Part shown: positions 39,667 through 49,069 of the stretch, in pieces | Numbering within the stretch: position 1 is the first letter of the stretch | How the letters are laid out: each line of letters begins with the position of its first letter | From: Candidatus Sulfomarinibacteraceae bacterium | GTDB lineage: Bacteria; Acidobacteriota; Thermoanaerobaculia; Thermoanaerobaculales; Sulfomarinibacteraceae | Reading direction: 5' to 3' | Assembly (NCBI GenBank): GCA_963714885.1 | Contig: CAVQQV010000004.1 | Coordinates: forward strand, 24,779 to 88,778 | Length of the DNA stretch: 64,000 bases | Notes under the pieces: model-generated | Seen by the model: the letters and a program-made list of their open reading frames with translations, nothing else | Databases searched by the model: none | Told to the model about the DNA's origin: nothing | Made by a program: the position numbers and the translations under genes

Positions 39667-41650
39667 ATGGCGACTTGTGAGGTTTTTTCGGGTGGTATGA
39701 TCGGCGCTGTGACGACGTCGCAGAACTCCCGGCAGCAACTCAGCGGCTGGCACGGGTGGTTCGGTCGGGCTCTGGTCTCCGGTCTGCTCGCGACGATGGT
39801 CGCGTGCGCGCCCGGGGTGAAGAGGCCCGACTCCCCTGGCGACGTTCTCATCGTGACCCTGGACACCGCCCGCGCGGACCGTTTTTCCTATGCCGGTCCG
39901 TCGCCTGTGACGACCGCGGCGACCGACGCGGTGGCGGCCGAAGGTGTGGCCTTTCTCACGGCGGTGGCCCCCTCGCCCATCACCCTGGTGTCCCACGCGT
40001 CGCTCTTCACCGGACAGAATCCCTTCGTGCACGGGGTCCGCAACAACGGTGACTTCGCGCTCGCCCCCGAGGCCATCACTCTCGCCGAGCTCTTCGCCGC
40101 CGAGGGATGGACCACGGCCGCATTTGTCGGAGCGGCGGTGCTCGACAGTCGCTACGGTCTCGATCAGGGTTTTCTCACCTACGACGACACGATGACGGGA
40201 ATCGACGCCACCGGAATGGTCGCGTATGCCAGACGGCCGGGAAATGAGGTGGTGGACGCAGCTTTGAGCTGGCTCGGTTCTGCACAAGGCTGATCGGACC
40301 TTTGTCTGGGTCCACCTCTACGACCCCCACGCCCCGTACGAACCCCCCGAACCTGAAAGAAGCCGTTATCCGGACAGCCCATACGATGGCGCCATCGCCT
40401 TTACCGACCGGATGGTCGGCAGACTCCTCGATGGTTATCGCAGGCTCGGGCGGTACGACGATGCGCTGGTGGTCATCGTGGCCGATCACGGCGAAAGCCT
40501 GAACGAACATCAGGAGAGAGCTCACGGAGTCTTTGTCTATGACGCGACAGTCAGAATCCCTCTCGTCATGCGTGGCGCCGGGATCGCACCCGGGAGCACG
40601 GGTCACCTCGCAGGTTGGCTTGATCGACGTCATGCCGACCGTGCTCGCCTTGGCGGGGATGGAGGTTCCCGCGCGGGTCGGTGGGCGCGATCTCGAACCG
40701 ATGCTGAGGGGTGGTGCGGCCAACGGCGATGACCGGATGATCTACGTTGAGAGCCTGCTCCCCGAGCTCAGCTTTGGGTGGAGTCCGTTGCGGGGGCTGC
40801 GGACCGAGCGCTGGAAGTTCATCCAGGGCGCCGCCGTGGAGTTGTACGATCTCGAAACGGATCCTGCCGAGCTCGAAGATGTGGCGTTCAAACGGGCCGA
40901 GGTGGTGGCTCAGATGTCCCGGGACCTCGCTCGAACCCTCGAACACGACGGATCTCCGACCGCCACGACGCTCGAGGTCGACGAAGCCCAGCGCAGCCGC
41001 CTCGCGGCTCTCGGCTATATCACTTCGGTGGACCGGGCTGTGAGTCCAGGGCGAAGGTGGTGACCTGCCGGATCCCCGGGAACGGATCGAAGGCCTGAAT
41101 CGAATGTACTCCGCCATGACCCGGTTTGCAGGCGGGGACGAGGCGGGGGCGATCGCCGAAATGGATGATCTCCTCGCCGACGAACCCGCCAACCACAGCG
41201 CAGTGGCGATGCTCGGCAACCTCCGGTTCCGGATCGGCGATTTTGCCGGGGCGGCCGACGCCTATGGTCGTGCGGCACGCCTCGCTCGCGCAGCACGCCC
41301 ATTACAGCGAACTCGAGGCCGTGTCCCTGGAGCGTCTGGGGAGGTTTGAGGACGCACTCCAGGCCTGTGAGAGGGCGCTCGCCGTGGAGCCTGATCGCAT
41401 CAGCTCGAGAGACATCCGGTGGCGCCTGTTGGGTCGGATGGGCCAAAAACAGACCCTGATTCAGGAGACCGAGCGGGCTGTATCGGAGGACCCCACAGAC
41501 GGGATCGCGCGGGCTCTCCTGGAGCAGGCCAAACACGGCCCAGAACCGTCTGCGGCCCTTGTGCAGGCTCTGGACGACGCGCTCGCCGATCTCCCCGGGG
41601 ACCCGGCAGTGACCGCCGCGCTGGCGGACGCGCGTTGCCGGTATGGGTGA
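39667..41650 (+). CDS. sulfatase-like hydrolase/transferase (alkaline phosphatase superfamily) fused to TPR repeats, about four apparent frameshifts (~40290, ~40600, ~41040, ~41270)
   Basis: VLIVTLDTARADRFSYAG, PSPITLVSHASLFTG (ORF 39667..40293). FVWVHLYDPHAPYEPP...DGAIAFTDRMVGRLL...VVIVADHGESLNEH (frame of 40412..). VGLIDVMPTVLALAGMEVP...WKFIQGAAVELYDLETDPAELEDV (40533..41063). TPR part in 41104.. and 41126..41650. Confidence 0.65.
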
Positions 41651-42107
41651 CGAAGACCGCGCCTTTGTGCTCTACCGTCAGGTTCTCGAACAGCGCCCGG
41701 ACAATCTCAATGCTGTATTGATCGTCGGCCCGCGCGTTCTCGCCAAGGGGACGATCGAAGAGGCTCGGACGATCATCGAGGCGGGTCTGCGGTACAACCC
41801 CGATAATGCGGCGATGCAGGTTCTGGTTGCGAGGCTGAGGATGGCGACCGGGGATTTCGAGTCCGCTCGGGAGGCCCTGGTGAAGGCCTACCGGCGGGCG
41901 CCGGGATGGGCGGAGACCTGGCTCGCGGCGGGCGAGCTCGGAATTCTGGAAGGGCTGCCGGAGCAGGCCGCGGCAAACCTCGATCGCGCCGCGGCTGCGG
42001 CCGGTGACGACCCTGATCTGTGGCGGCGATTGGCAGACGCCAACCGGCGTCTGGGCCGCGAGGGCGAGGCAAGGGCCGCCGATGAGCGCGCACGACAGGG
42101 TGGGTGA
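41643..42107 (+). CDS. TPR repeat protein (separate gene overlapping the previous stop by 8 nt, or a further frame-shifted continuation of it)
   Basis: MGDEDRAFVLYRQVLEQRPDNLNAVLIVG...GLRYNPDNAAMQVLVARLRMATGDFESAREALVKAYRRAPGWAETWLAAGEL. Confidence 0.5.
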   Translation: MGDEDRAFVLYRQVLEQRPDNLNAVLIVGPRVLAKGTIEEARTIIEAGLRYNPDNAAMQVLVARLRMATGDFESAREALVKAYRRAPGWAETWLAAGELGILEGLPEQAAANLDRAAAAAGDDPDLWRRLADANRRLGREGEARAADERARQGG

Positions 42108-42219
42108 CAGTCCGACCATTGGCGCGGCGGGTATCAGAGGTTGAAGGCAGGCCAAGACCCACCCTTCGCCGGACCCGCAAACCGAGCGGGCGCTAGGGTG
42201 GACGGTCGCTCTCACCGCG

Positions 42220-42492
42220 GTGCAACTCGAGGTCAAACCCGATCAGGCCGCGGACCCGGTGCCGGTGGTGTGGACGATGATCGGCAGCAGCTCCAGTCCG
42301 ATGGTCCAGAAGGTCATCATCGAGCTCCATGTCCTGGATCGTGCCGGCAAAAAACTGAAGTCGACGAAGAAGTTCGTGGTCGTCAAATCGAGTACCGACC
42401 ACCAGGAATTCCCGATCAATATGAAGATCAAACGGGCCGACTGGGAGCGGGCCGACGAGGTCCAGATCAAAACGACGTTCACGGTCCTCTGA
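42220..42492 (+). CDS. small hypothetical protein (beta-rich, Lys-rich)
   Basis: 90-aa ORF with GTG start and codon usage less GC-biased than its neighbours. No motif recognised, and the N-terminus may be incomplete. Confidence 0.35.
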   Translation: MQLEVKPDQAADPVPVVWTMIGSSSSPMVQKVIIELHVLDRAGKKLKSTKKFVVVKSSTDHQEFPINMKIKRADWERADEVQIKTTFTVL

Positions 42493-42609
42493 TCAGGAAA
42501 GCTGCCTATTGACTGCTTCCGGTTGACGGCCTGGCATCGACCGAAGTCGCATCACCGGCGGACGGCCTGCGAGCCGTTGTTCGGGTTACACTGTAGCTGG
42601 AGACAGCCG

Positions 42610-43032
42610 ATGCCTGGTCGCATGAAAGTCGCCGATCTCATGTCCACCGATCTGGTGACTCTGACCGAGGACGAGACCCTTGCCCACGCCCAACGGTGTA
42701 TGGCACGGGGCCGCATCCGCCACCTTCCGGTGGTGCGGGACGGCTTGCTGACCGGGCTCATTACTCACCGTGATCTGTTGGCGGCGTCGTTCTCCATCTT
42801 TGCGGAGGTCGAACGCAACGAACAACGCAGGATCTTCGACACCGTCCGGGTGGTTGAGGCCATGCATCGCGACGTGGTCACGGTGTCGCCCGATCTCGGC
42901 GTCTCCCAGGCCGCGAGCATACTGCTCGAGAACAAGTACGGTTGTCTGCCGGTGGTGGATGGTCAGGGAGTACTGGTCGGGATCGTGACCGAGGCCGACT
43001 TCCTGCGGCTCACCGTGCGTCTCTTGAAATGA
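42610..43032 (+). CDS. CBS-pair domain protein
   Basis: MKVADLMSTDLVTLTEDETLAHAQRCMARGRIRHLPVV...VVEAMHRDVVTVSPDLGVSQAASILLENKYGCLPVVDGQGVLVGIVTEADFL, two CBS repeats. ATG 42610 or 42622. Confidence 0.8.
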   Translation: MPGRMKVADLMSTDLVTLTEDETLAHAQRCMARGRIRHLPVVRDGLLTGLITHRDLLAASFSIFAEVERNEQRRIFDTVRVVEAMHRDVVTVSPDLGVSQAASILLENKYGCLPVVDGQGVLVGIVTEADFLRLTVRLLK

Positions 43033-43502
43033 GCGTTCTCGACTGGGTCCTGATCATCCTCTGGATCGGCCTCACCCTGGGTGGTTTTTGGAAGGGCGCG
43101 GTGCGCCTGATCTTCGGCGGCGGCGGGTTGCTGGCCGGCGTGTGGCTGGCGATCATCGCGGGCGCTGACGCCCAGTCCGCTCTCGAGGGGGTGATTGGCG
43201 TCGGTTGGATGGCCGCCGTTCTCGGTCGGTTGCTGCTGGTGGTGTTGTGTACCGGTCTGAGCCTGCTCGCGGGGTGGGGGATCGAGCACACGCTGACGTC
43301 GCTCAAGCTCGGTTGGGTGAACCGGTTTTTCGGCGCCGCTCTGGCGGGGGGAATTGCAGCAGCCTTTCTGGGCATGGTGGTGGTGGTCGCCATCCAGTTC
43401 TCACCGGGGCTTGCGGACTTGTGCCGGGAGTCGGTGGTCGCCCAGTATCTCTTGTGGATATCGGAGAAACTGCTCGGCGCGGTTGAAACACTCAGCACCT
43501 GA
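43029..43502 (+). CDS. cvpA: CvpA-family membrane protein
   Basis: MSVLDWVLIILWIGLTLGGFWKGAVRLIFGGGGLLAGVWLA... with 4 TM. The start overlaps the CBS stop (ATGA). Confidence 0.7.
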   Translation: MSVLDWVLIILWIGLTLGGFWKGAVRLIFGGGGLLAGVWLAIIAGADAQSALEGVIGVGWMAAVLGRLLLVVLCTGLSLLAGWGIEHTLTSLKLGWVNRFFGAALAGGIAAAFLGMVVVVAIQFSPGLADLCRESVVAQYLLWISEKLLGAVETLST

Positions 43503-43511
43503 TCTCAACCT

Positions 43512-44636
43512 TCAGGCGACGATAGTCTCGACCTCGATCGGACGGTAGAGCGTGTCCCGAAGCACTGGTACACGGCCCGCTTCGGTGATCAGATCCTCGA
43601 GCCGCTGACGGGCCATACCGGTGCCGGCGGTGCCCCCGGCGGCGTGGGTGATGCGTTCGTCGACGATGGTGCCGTCAAGATCGTTGGCGCCGAATTCGAG
43701 AGCCACTTGGGCGACCTTCTCACCGAGCATGATCCAGTACGCCTTGAGGTGCGGCACGTTGTCGAGCACCAACCGCGAGACCGCGATGGTCTGCAGGTCG
43801 AGACGGCCACCGGTCGGTGGCAGGTGGTCGAGTTCGGTGTTCTCGGGGTGGAAGGCGAGCGGGATCAGACACTGGAAACCGCCGGTCTCGTCCTGCAGCT
43901 GCCGCAACTGGAGGAGGTGATCGACGCGTTCGGCGGCGGTCTCGACGTGACCGTAGAGCATGGTGCAGTTCGAGCGGATGCCCGCCCGGTGGACAGTTCG
44001 AGCGATGTCGAGCCAGCGTCCGCCATCGGTCTTGTGGTCGCAGATCTGTTCGCGGACCTTCGGTGCAAAGATTTCCGCGCCGCCGCCGGGGCAGGAGTCG
44101 AGTCCGGCATCGCGAAGCCGAACGATCGTGTCCTCGAGACTGAGGCGGGAGGCCTTGGCCAGAAAGTCGAGCTCGACCATGGTGAGGGCCTTGAGGTGGA
44201 CCCAGGGAAAGCGCTGCTTCAGGGCCCGAAAGAGATCCTCGTAGTATTCGACCAGAAGCTTCGGGTGCAATCCGCCGACGATGTGCAGCTCTGAGACCGA
44301 CTCGTCGACATCGCGGGCGGCGATCTCCACCGCCTGGTCGACCGTGTAGGTCCACCCTTCCTCCCGCTCCCGCCATGGGACATAGAAGGCGCACAGCTTG
44401 CAGGAGGCTACGCACACGTTGGTGGGGTTGAGATGGCGGTTAATGTTGTAGTAGGTGCGGTCGCCGTGCAGGCGCTCTCTGACCAGATTGGCCAGGCGCC
44501 CGACCCCGAGCAGATCGTGGGTGGTGGCCACCAGCAGTCCTTCGTCGCCATCCAACCGCTCTCCGGCGATCACTTTCTCCGCCACCGGCGCGAGGGCGGA
44601 ATCAATGAGGCGGACGTCGTCGACGGAACGTATCAC
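43512..44636 (-). CDS. mqnE: radical SAM menaquinone (futalosine pathway) enzyme, MqnE/MqnC family, most like aminofutalosine synthase
   Basis: NPTNVCVASCKLCAF (CxxxCxxC), ELHIVGGLHP, GGGAEIFAPKVREQIC, NCTMLYGHVET, DLDGTIVDERITHAAG. Confidence 0.65.
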   Translation of the reverse strand: MIRSVDDVRLIDSALAPVAEKVIAGERLDGDEGLLVATTHDLLGVGRLANLVRERLHGDRTYYNINRHLNPTNVCVASCKLCAFYVPWREREEGWTYTVDQAVEIAARDVDESVSELHIVGGLHPKLLVEYYEDLFRALKQRFPWVHLKALTMVELDFLAKASRLSLEDTIVRLRDAGLDSCPGGGAEIFAPKVREQICDHKTDGGRWLDIARTVHRAGIRSNCTMLYGHVETAAERVDHLLQLRQLQDETGGFQCLIPLAFHPENTELDHLPPTGGRLDLQTIAVSRLVLDNVPHLKAYWIMLGEKVAQVALEFGANDLDGTIVDERITHAAGGTAGTGMARQRLEDLITEAGRVPVLRDTLYRPIEVETIVA

Positions 44637-44702
44637 AGGGTCATTATCCTTGCGATTGGATCTCTTTTCAATACCGGCCCGTAGGATGCATGCGGGCTCT
44701 CT

Positions 44703-45902
44703 CTACTTGAGCTGCAGTGAGGACAGGAATTCTTCGTTGGTGGGGAACTCGCGAACCTTCTGCAACAGGAGCTCCATCGCGGCCTCTGGCGACAGCGTCG
44801 ACAGCGCCCTCCGCATGAGGTAGAGCTTCTCCACCTGATCCTTCGGGTAGAGCTTCTCCTCCTTGCGGGTCCCGGACTGCGGGATGTTGATGCACGGGAA
44901 GATCCGTTTTTCGAAGAGCCGGCGATCGAGCACCAGTTCCATGTTCCCGGTGCCCTTGAACTCCTGGAAGATCACCTCGTCCATGCGCGAGCCGGTGTCG
45001 ATGAGGCAGGTGGCGACCACGGTCAGGCTGCCGCCGTTCTCTATCTTGCGAGCCGAACCGAAAAACCGGCGGGGCTTCTCCATCGTGCGGGCGTCGATAC
45101 CACCCGACAGGATCCGTCCCGAGCCCTTTTGGAGATTGTTGAAGGCGCGGGACATGCGGGTCAGAGAGTCCATGAAGACGACGACGTCCTCGCCCATCTC
45201 GACCAGACGGCGGGCCCGTTCGAAGACCATCTCGGAGACCTGAATGTGCGACTCGAGCGACTGGTCGGTCGAGGACGCGTACACCTCGCCCCGTACGACG
45301 TTGCGTCTCCAATCCGTGACCTCTTCGGGTCGTTCGTCCACCAGCAGGACGAAGATCCTGGTGTTGGGGTGGTTGATGGCGATTCCGTGCGCCATCTGCT
45401 GCAGGAGCGTGGTCTTGCCCGCCTTGGGTGGGGAGACGATGAGACAGCGTTGGCCCTTGCCGAGGGGCGCAACCAGCTGGGCGACGCGGGGCTCGACGAT
45501 TTCGGGATCGGTCTCGAGTTCGAATCGTTCGATCGGATCGATACTGACAAGTTCGGAAAAGGGTATCGCCTTGCTGCGATAGTCGTCGGGTTCGAGCCCT
45601 TCGATCGTCTCGATCCCGGACATCCGTGGACGATCCCCCGAGACCGCCTGTCCGGTGAGCAAGAGACCGCTTTCCAGGTGGAGGGGGTTCAAGAGCTCTC
45701 CCGGCACGGTCGGGTCGTTCCGGTCGGCGACGAAGTTGCGCACCGGTGACACCAGCAGGGGGCTTCCGTTATCCCGCACCCAGAGGTAGCCCTCGACCTG
45801 GATCGGCGGCCCCTGTGGCTTTTTGCGGCGGCGGGGGCGCCTCCGGCGTCGCTGGGATTGACCCTCGTTATTGTGCTGGTGTTGCTGTTCTTTTTCGCTC
45901 AT
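44703..45902 (-). CDS. rho: transcription termination factor Rho
   Basis: Basic N-terminal insert (QRRRRRPRRRKK), an RNA-binding domain, Walker A GKGQRCLIVSPPKAGKTTLL, VLLVDERPEEV, DSLTRMSRAFN, GGSLTVVATCLIDTGSRMDEVIFQEFKGTGNMEL. GAGGGAG lies upstream of ATG 45902. Confidence 0.9.
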   Translation of the reverse strand: MSEKEQQHQHNNEGQSQRRRRRPRRRKKPQGPPIQVEGYLWVRDNGSPLLVSPVRNFVADRNDPTVPGELLNPLHLESGLLLTGQAVSGDRPRMSGIETIEGLEPDDYRSKAIPFSELVSIDPIERFELETDPEIVEPRVAQLVAPLGKGQRCLIVSPPKAGKTTLLQQMAHGIAINHPNTRIFVLLVDERPEEVTDWRRNVVRGEVYASSTDQSLESHIQVSEMVFERARRLVEMGEDVVVFMDSLTRMSRAFNNLQKGSGRILSGGIDARTMEKPRRFFGSARKIENGGSLTVVATCLIDTGSRMDEVIFQEFKGTGNMELVLDRRLFEKRIFPCINIPQSGTRKEEKLYPKDQVEKLYLMRRALSTLSPEAAMELLLQKVREFPTNEEFLSSLQLK

Positions 45903-45960
45903 ATTCTCCCTCATGGTGCAGGATGGCCGTATGTTCACGATCTGACGAAAAGCAGGTGCC

Positions 45961-46133
45961 CTCTAGGAGTGTGGAGTGCATAGGATTGGCGGCGCCTTTC
46001 GGGTGTCGTTTGGCCCATTTTTTGGCGAACTCTTGGCCCCATACCCCCGGTATGAACCTGCGAATTCGCCCAAAAATGGCCTCAAACAAGCTCCGAAATC
46101 CATCCACCACCTATGCACTACACACTCCTGGAG
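45961..46133. repeat. ~170-nt imperfect palindrome (outer arms 45961-45984 / 46110-46133; inner arms ~46010-46030 / ~46064-46084; central CATACccccgGTATG)
   Basis: CTCTAGGAGTGTGGAGTGCATAGG versus CCTATGCACTACACACTCCTGGAG (24 nt, 1 mismatch, 1 G-U). Inner arms GGCCCATTTTTTGGCGAA versus TTCGCCCAAAAATGGCC. Begins 59 nt upstream of the rho start codon. Confidence 0.85.
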
Positions 46134-46380
46134 CACACTCGGGTCTTCGGTCTCTTCGGGCGAACCGGATGACCTACACGGTCTTCGAGCGATGCTCAAT
46201 CATCCGGAACTGTGCGGTCCGGGCGCCGTCGCCGCGATCAGGGGCGGGCGTCATCCACGAACCACCACGTCCAGCCTAACCGGAAAAGCAGGGATTGGCA
46301 ACATTCTTTGCCGTGTCGTCACAACGTCTGGTTCTTCTGCAGGCGGAACATCACGGTTCCGCATAGTCTACCTTGCACCC

Positions 46381-46659
46381 TCAACCGTCCCACATGCGCT
46401 CGTAGGTTTGCAACCGGTGATCGACGAAGACCATTGCTTCCCCGACGGTCGGGCGCGGGCGAAGGAGGATCTGCCGGTCTGGTGTCTCTTCCTGGACGTA
46501 GACGGTTCCGTCGAGGTCGAGCACGCGCAACATGCCCGCGACACCGGTGTTCTCCTCACGGATGATCCCGGCCGATTCGAGAACGGCGGCCCACTCCACG
46601 GCCGCCAGCCGCAGAGGTGACGGGCCATCAAGGCGCCCCAACAGGTCCTGGTTGATCAC
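46381..46659 (-). CDS. small hypothetical protein; candidate selenoprotein if TGA 46381-46383 is read through to 46351
   Basis: 92-aa ORF (GTG start) ending ...HRLQTYERMWDG-TGA. The same frame continues GCKVDYAEP-TGA, and a 7-bp hairpin (46343-46362) starts 18 nt after the first TGA. See findings. Confidence 0.45.
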   Translation of the reverse strand: MINQDLLGRLDGPSPLRLAAVEWAAVLESAGIIREENTGVAGMLRVLDLDGTVYVQEETPDRQILLRPRPTVGEAMVFVDHRLQTYERMWDG

Positions 46660-46694
46660 GCCTCGCGTCTCGATCTGATGCCTACCGGTCGGAC

Positions 46695-47142
46695 TCAGTT
46701 GGCGGAGATGGTGAGGGACATGCCAGAGAGCTTCTGGTCGGTGATCTCGAGCGCCATACTCGGCACCTTCTTATTGCTTTTGCTGATCGTGACGACCTTG
46801 TCGCCCTTCGTTTTCACCTTGTAGTTGGCGCCGGCCGCGAGGGAGAGCTCCTTCCAGAGGTCTTCAGCGATCTGTTTGGGCTTCATTTTGGCGACCACGT
46901 TGATGGTGAACTTGACCGGTTCTCCATCCAGCGTCTTGAAGACCATGGTGAAGGTGCCGTTGACCTGGGGTTTGCCGTTGATGGTGACCTTCCAGCTGTC
47001 GCGATAGACGGTGGGAATCACAGCAGTGCCGGGTTCCTCGTCCTCGGCCCAGACCATCAGCAGCCGGAGCGACCAGGCAGAAAATGAGCGCGAGTCCTAC
47101 GATGGTGAGGACGGTGCTCCCTGAAACAAAAGAACCACGCAT
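46695..47142 (-). CDS. small secreted hypothetical protein, one apparent frameshift (~47060)
   Basis: The signal peptide MRGSFVSGSTVLTIVGLALIFCLVAPAADG (ORF 46864..47142) joins a Lys-rich beta-type body, AEDEEPGTAVIPTVYRDSWKVTINGKPQVNGTFTMVFKTLDGEPVKFTINVVAK... (ORF 46695..47057). Confidence 0.5.
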
Positions 47143-47309
47143 GTTTCCTCCCGATACGACGTTCGTGGCGTGAGTATACCCCGCTCCTGCCGATGACGGT
47201 GTTCCAGCGCCGAAGTCAGAGGTCGGGCACGACGGGCCGCCTGGTCAGCCCGGTGACCAGCTGATGTCAGAAAAGAAAACCGTAAAAGAGCCTCGTTCTC
47301 ATTTGAATA

Positions 47310-47930
47310 GTGGATGATATGATCAACCGGCGAACCAACGATGGATGGCCTGCGCACAGCCCCGCGAGGAGGGAGTTCGTGAATCACCGACCGCTGCATT
47401 TCCACTCGATGATGGTGCATGGGGTGGTTGCTTTTGCGCCGCTGGCGGCGCTCGCCCTGATGCTCGCAGCCATGGGGTCAACCATCGGTCCGGCCGGGCC
47501 TGAGGTGTGGGCTCTGCTGCTCCGCGGGTCGTTGCTGGCGATACTGGTGCTCGCGGTGCCGTCGACCATTTCAGGCATCGCCGAACGCAATCACATGTAC
47601 GCCGGGTGGCCGCCGAGCCACCGGGCAAAGTTGGTGCTCTCGATGGCGTTGGTCGTGTTGGTGGCGGGCGAACTGGTGGTCTTGAATGGAGCGGTTGAGC
47701 CGCCGGTCGTCCTTTCGTGGTTTGGTCTCGCGGTCATCGTCGGCAATTGTCTGGTCGTGTTCGGTCTCTCGTTCTTCGGTCTGAAAATCACCCTCGGTCG
47801 CCAGGCCTTCGGCAAGACCTCATACCTCCCCGACATGGACTGGGAGCCTCCGATCGACATTCTCGCCTGTGTGGCCGATTACTCGGGAGACCCGCCCAAG
47901 ATGATCGACGTCCAGGAGGAGCACAACTGA
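47310..47930 (+). CDS. DUF2231-like membrane protein
   Basis: RPLHFHSMMVHGVVAFAPLAALALMLA (the H-x3-H-containing first helix typical of DUF2231 as I recall it) plus 4 TM. Start uncertain; the stop overlaps the ACAD start. Confidence 0.5.
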   Translation: MDDMINRRTNDGWPAHSPARREFVNHRPLHFHSMMVHGVVAFAPLAALALMLAAMGSTIGPAGPEVWALLLRGSLLAILVLAVPSTISGIAERNHMYAGWPPSHRAKLVLSMALVVLVAGELVVLNGAVEPPVVLSWFGLAVIVGNCLVVFGLSFFGLKITLGRQAFGKTSYLPDMDWEPPIDILACVADYSGDPPKMIDVQEEHN

Positions 47931-49069
47931 TGATGGATTTCAGCCTCAGCCACGAACAAGAGGAGCAGGTGGAAAAGGCGCGCGCCTTCACCAAGGAGTG
48001 GATCGCGCCGAAGGCTGTCGAGTACGATCGCACCGGTGAGTTTCCTCTCGAAATCTGTCGCGAGGCGTTCAAACAGGGATTGATGAATCCCCACGTGCCG
48101 GCCGAGTACGGGGGCACGCCGCACACCGTTCTCGACCACTGTCTGGTCCTCGAGGAGCTTGCGACCGGGTGTTCAGGGATCGCCACCGCCATCGACGCCA
48201 ACGGTCTGTCGCAATACCCGGTGATCCTCGCCGGGACCGACGATCAGAAGCGGCGTTTCCTCGCTCCTATGACCGAGACGCTGAAATTCTCGGCCTATGC
48301 AGTGACCGAGCCCGAGGCCGGTTCGGATGTCTCGCGGGTCAAGACCACCGCCACCAGGATCGGCAACGACTACGCGCTCAACGGAATCAAGTGGTGGATC
48401 ACCAACGGGTCGGTGGCGGATTGGTACTTCGTTCTCACCCGCGCCGACGAAAAACCGACCGCCTTCATCGTCCCCGCCGACTCACCGGGGATCATCCGCG
48501 GGCCCAAGGAGATCAACCTCGGGCAGCACGCCTCCAACACCGTGAGGGTCACCTTCGAGGACGTCAAGGTATCGATGAAGAACCGCCTCGGCGAGGAAGG
48601 CGACGGTTTTCAGATCGCCATGAAGACCTTTGATCACACCCGGCCGGGCGTTGCCAGCGGCGCCAACGGGATCACCAAGGCGGCGCTCAACATCGCCCTT
48701 TCCTACGCCAAGCGCAGGCGGACCTTCGACAAGAAGCTGATTTCGAACCAGGGGATCTCTTTCAAGCTCGCGGAGATGATGACCCGTCTCGATGCCGCCA
48801 GGTATCTGACCTACAAGGCGGCGTGGCTGTTCGACCGCGGCGAGGACAACGCCCGCGAAGCGGCCGAGGCCAAGTGGTTCGCCGCCGACGTCGCCATGCA
48901 GGCCGCCATCGAGTGTGCCCAGGTTCTCGGCGGCTACGGCTTTACCTCGGAGATGCCGGCCGAGAAGCTGATCCGGGACGCCAAGATCTACCAGATCTAC
49001 GAGGGCGCCACCGAGATCCAGAAGATGATCATCGTCGGCAAGCTGATGCGGATCAAGGAGGTCCACTGA
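47930..49069 (+). CDS. acyl-CoA dehydrogenase
   Basis: FSAYAVTEPEAGSDVSRVKTTA, NGIKWWITNGSVADWY, QIAMKTFDHTRPGVAS, and C-terminal VLGGYGFTSEMPAEKLIRDAKIYQIYEGATEIQ. Confidence 0.9.
   Translation: MMDFSLSHEQEEQVEKARAFTKEWIAPKAVEYDRTGEFPLEICREAFKQGLMNPHVPAEYGGTPHTVLDHCLVLEELATGCSGIATAIDANGLSQYPVILAGTDDQKRRFLAPMTETLKFSAYAVTEPEAGSDVSRVKTTATRIGNDYALNGIKWWITNGSVADWYFVLTRADEKPTAFIVPADSPGIIRGPKEINLGQHASNTVRVTFEDVKVSMKNRLGEEGDGFQIAMKTFDHTRPGVASGANGITKAALNIALSYAKRRRTFDKKLISNQGISFKLAEMMTRLDAARYLTYKAAWLFDRGEDNAREAAEAKWFAADVAMQAAIECAQVLGGYGFTSEMPAEKLIRDAKIYQIYEGATEIQKMIIVGKLMRIKEVH

Noticed and set aside
40288-40300. In-frame TGA at the end of ORF 39667..40293 (and similar stops inside other broken genes) as selenocysteine codons
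   Set aside because: The conserved continuation (FVWVHLYDPHAPYEPP...) is in a different frame, not the same frame after the TGA. This is a frameshift, not recoding. The same holds for every other broken gene I checked.
46294-46310. Sigma-54 promoter-like TGGCAAcattctTTGCC
   Set aside because: The GG-to-GC spacing is one nucleotide longer than the consensus, no plus-strand gene lies downstream, and the sequence is better read as a 5-bp hairpin (GGCAA/TTGCC) downstream of the minus-strand small ORF.
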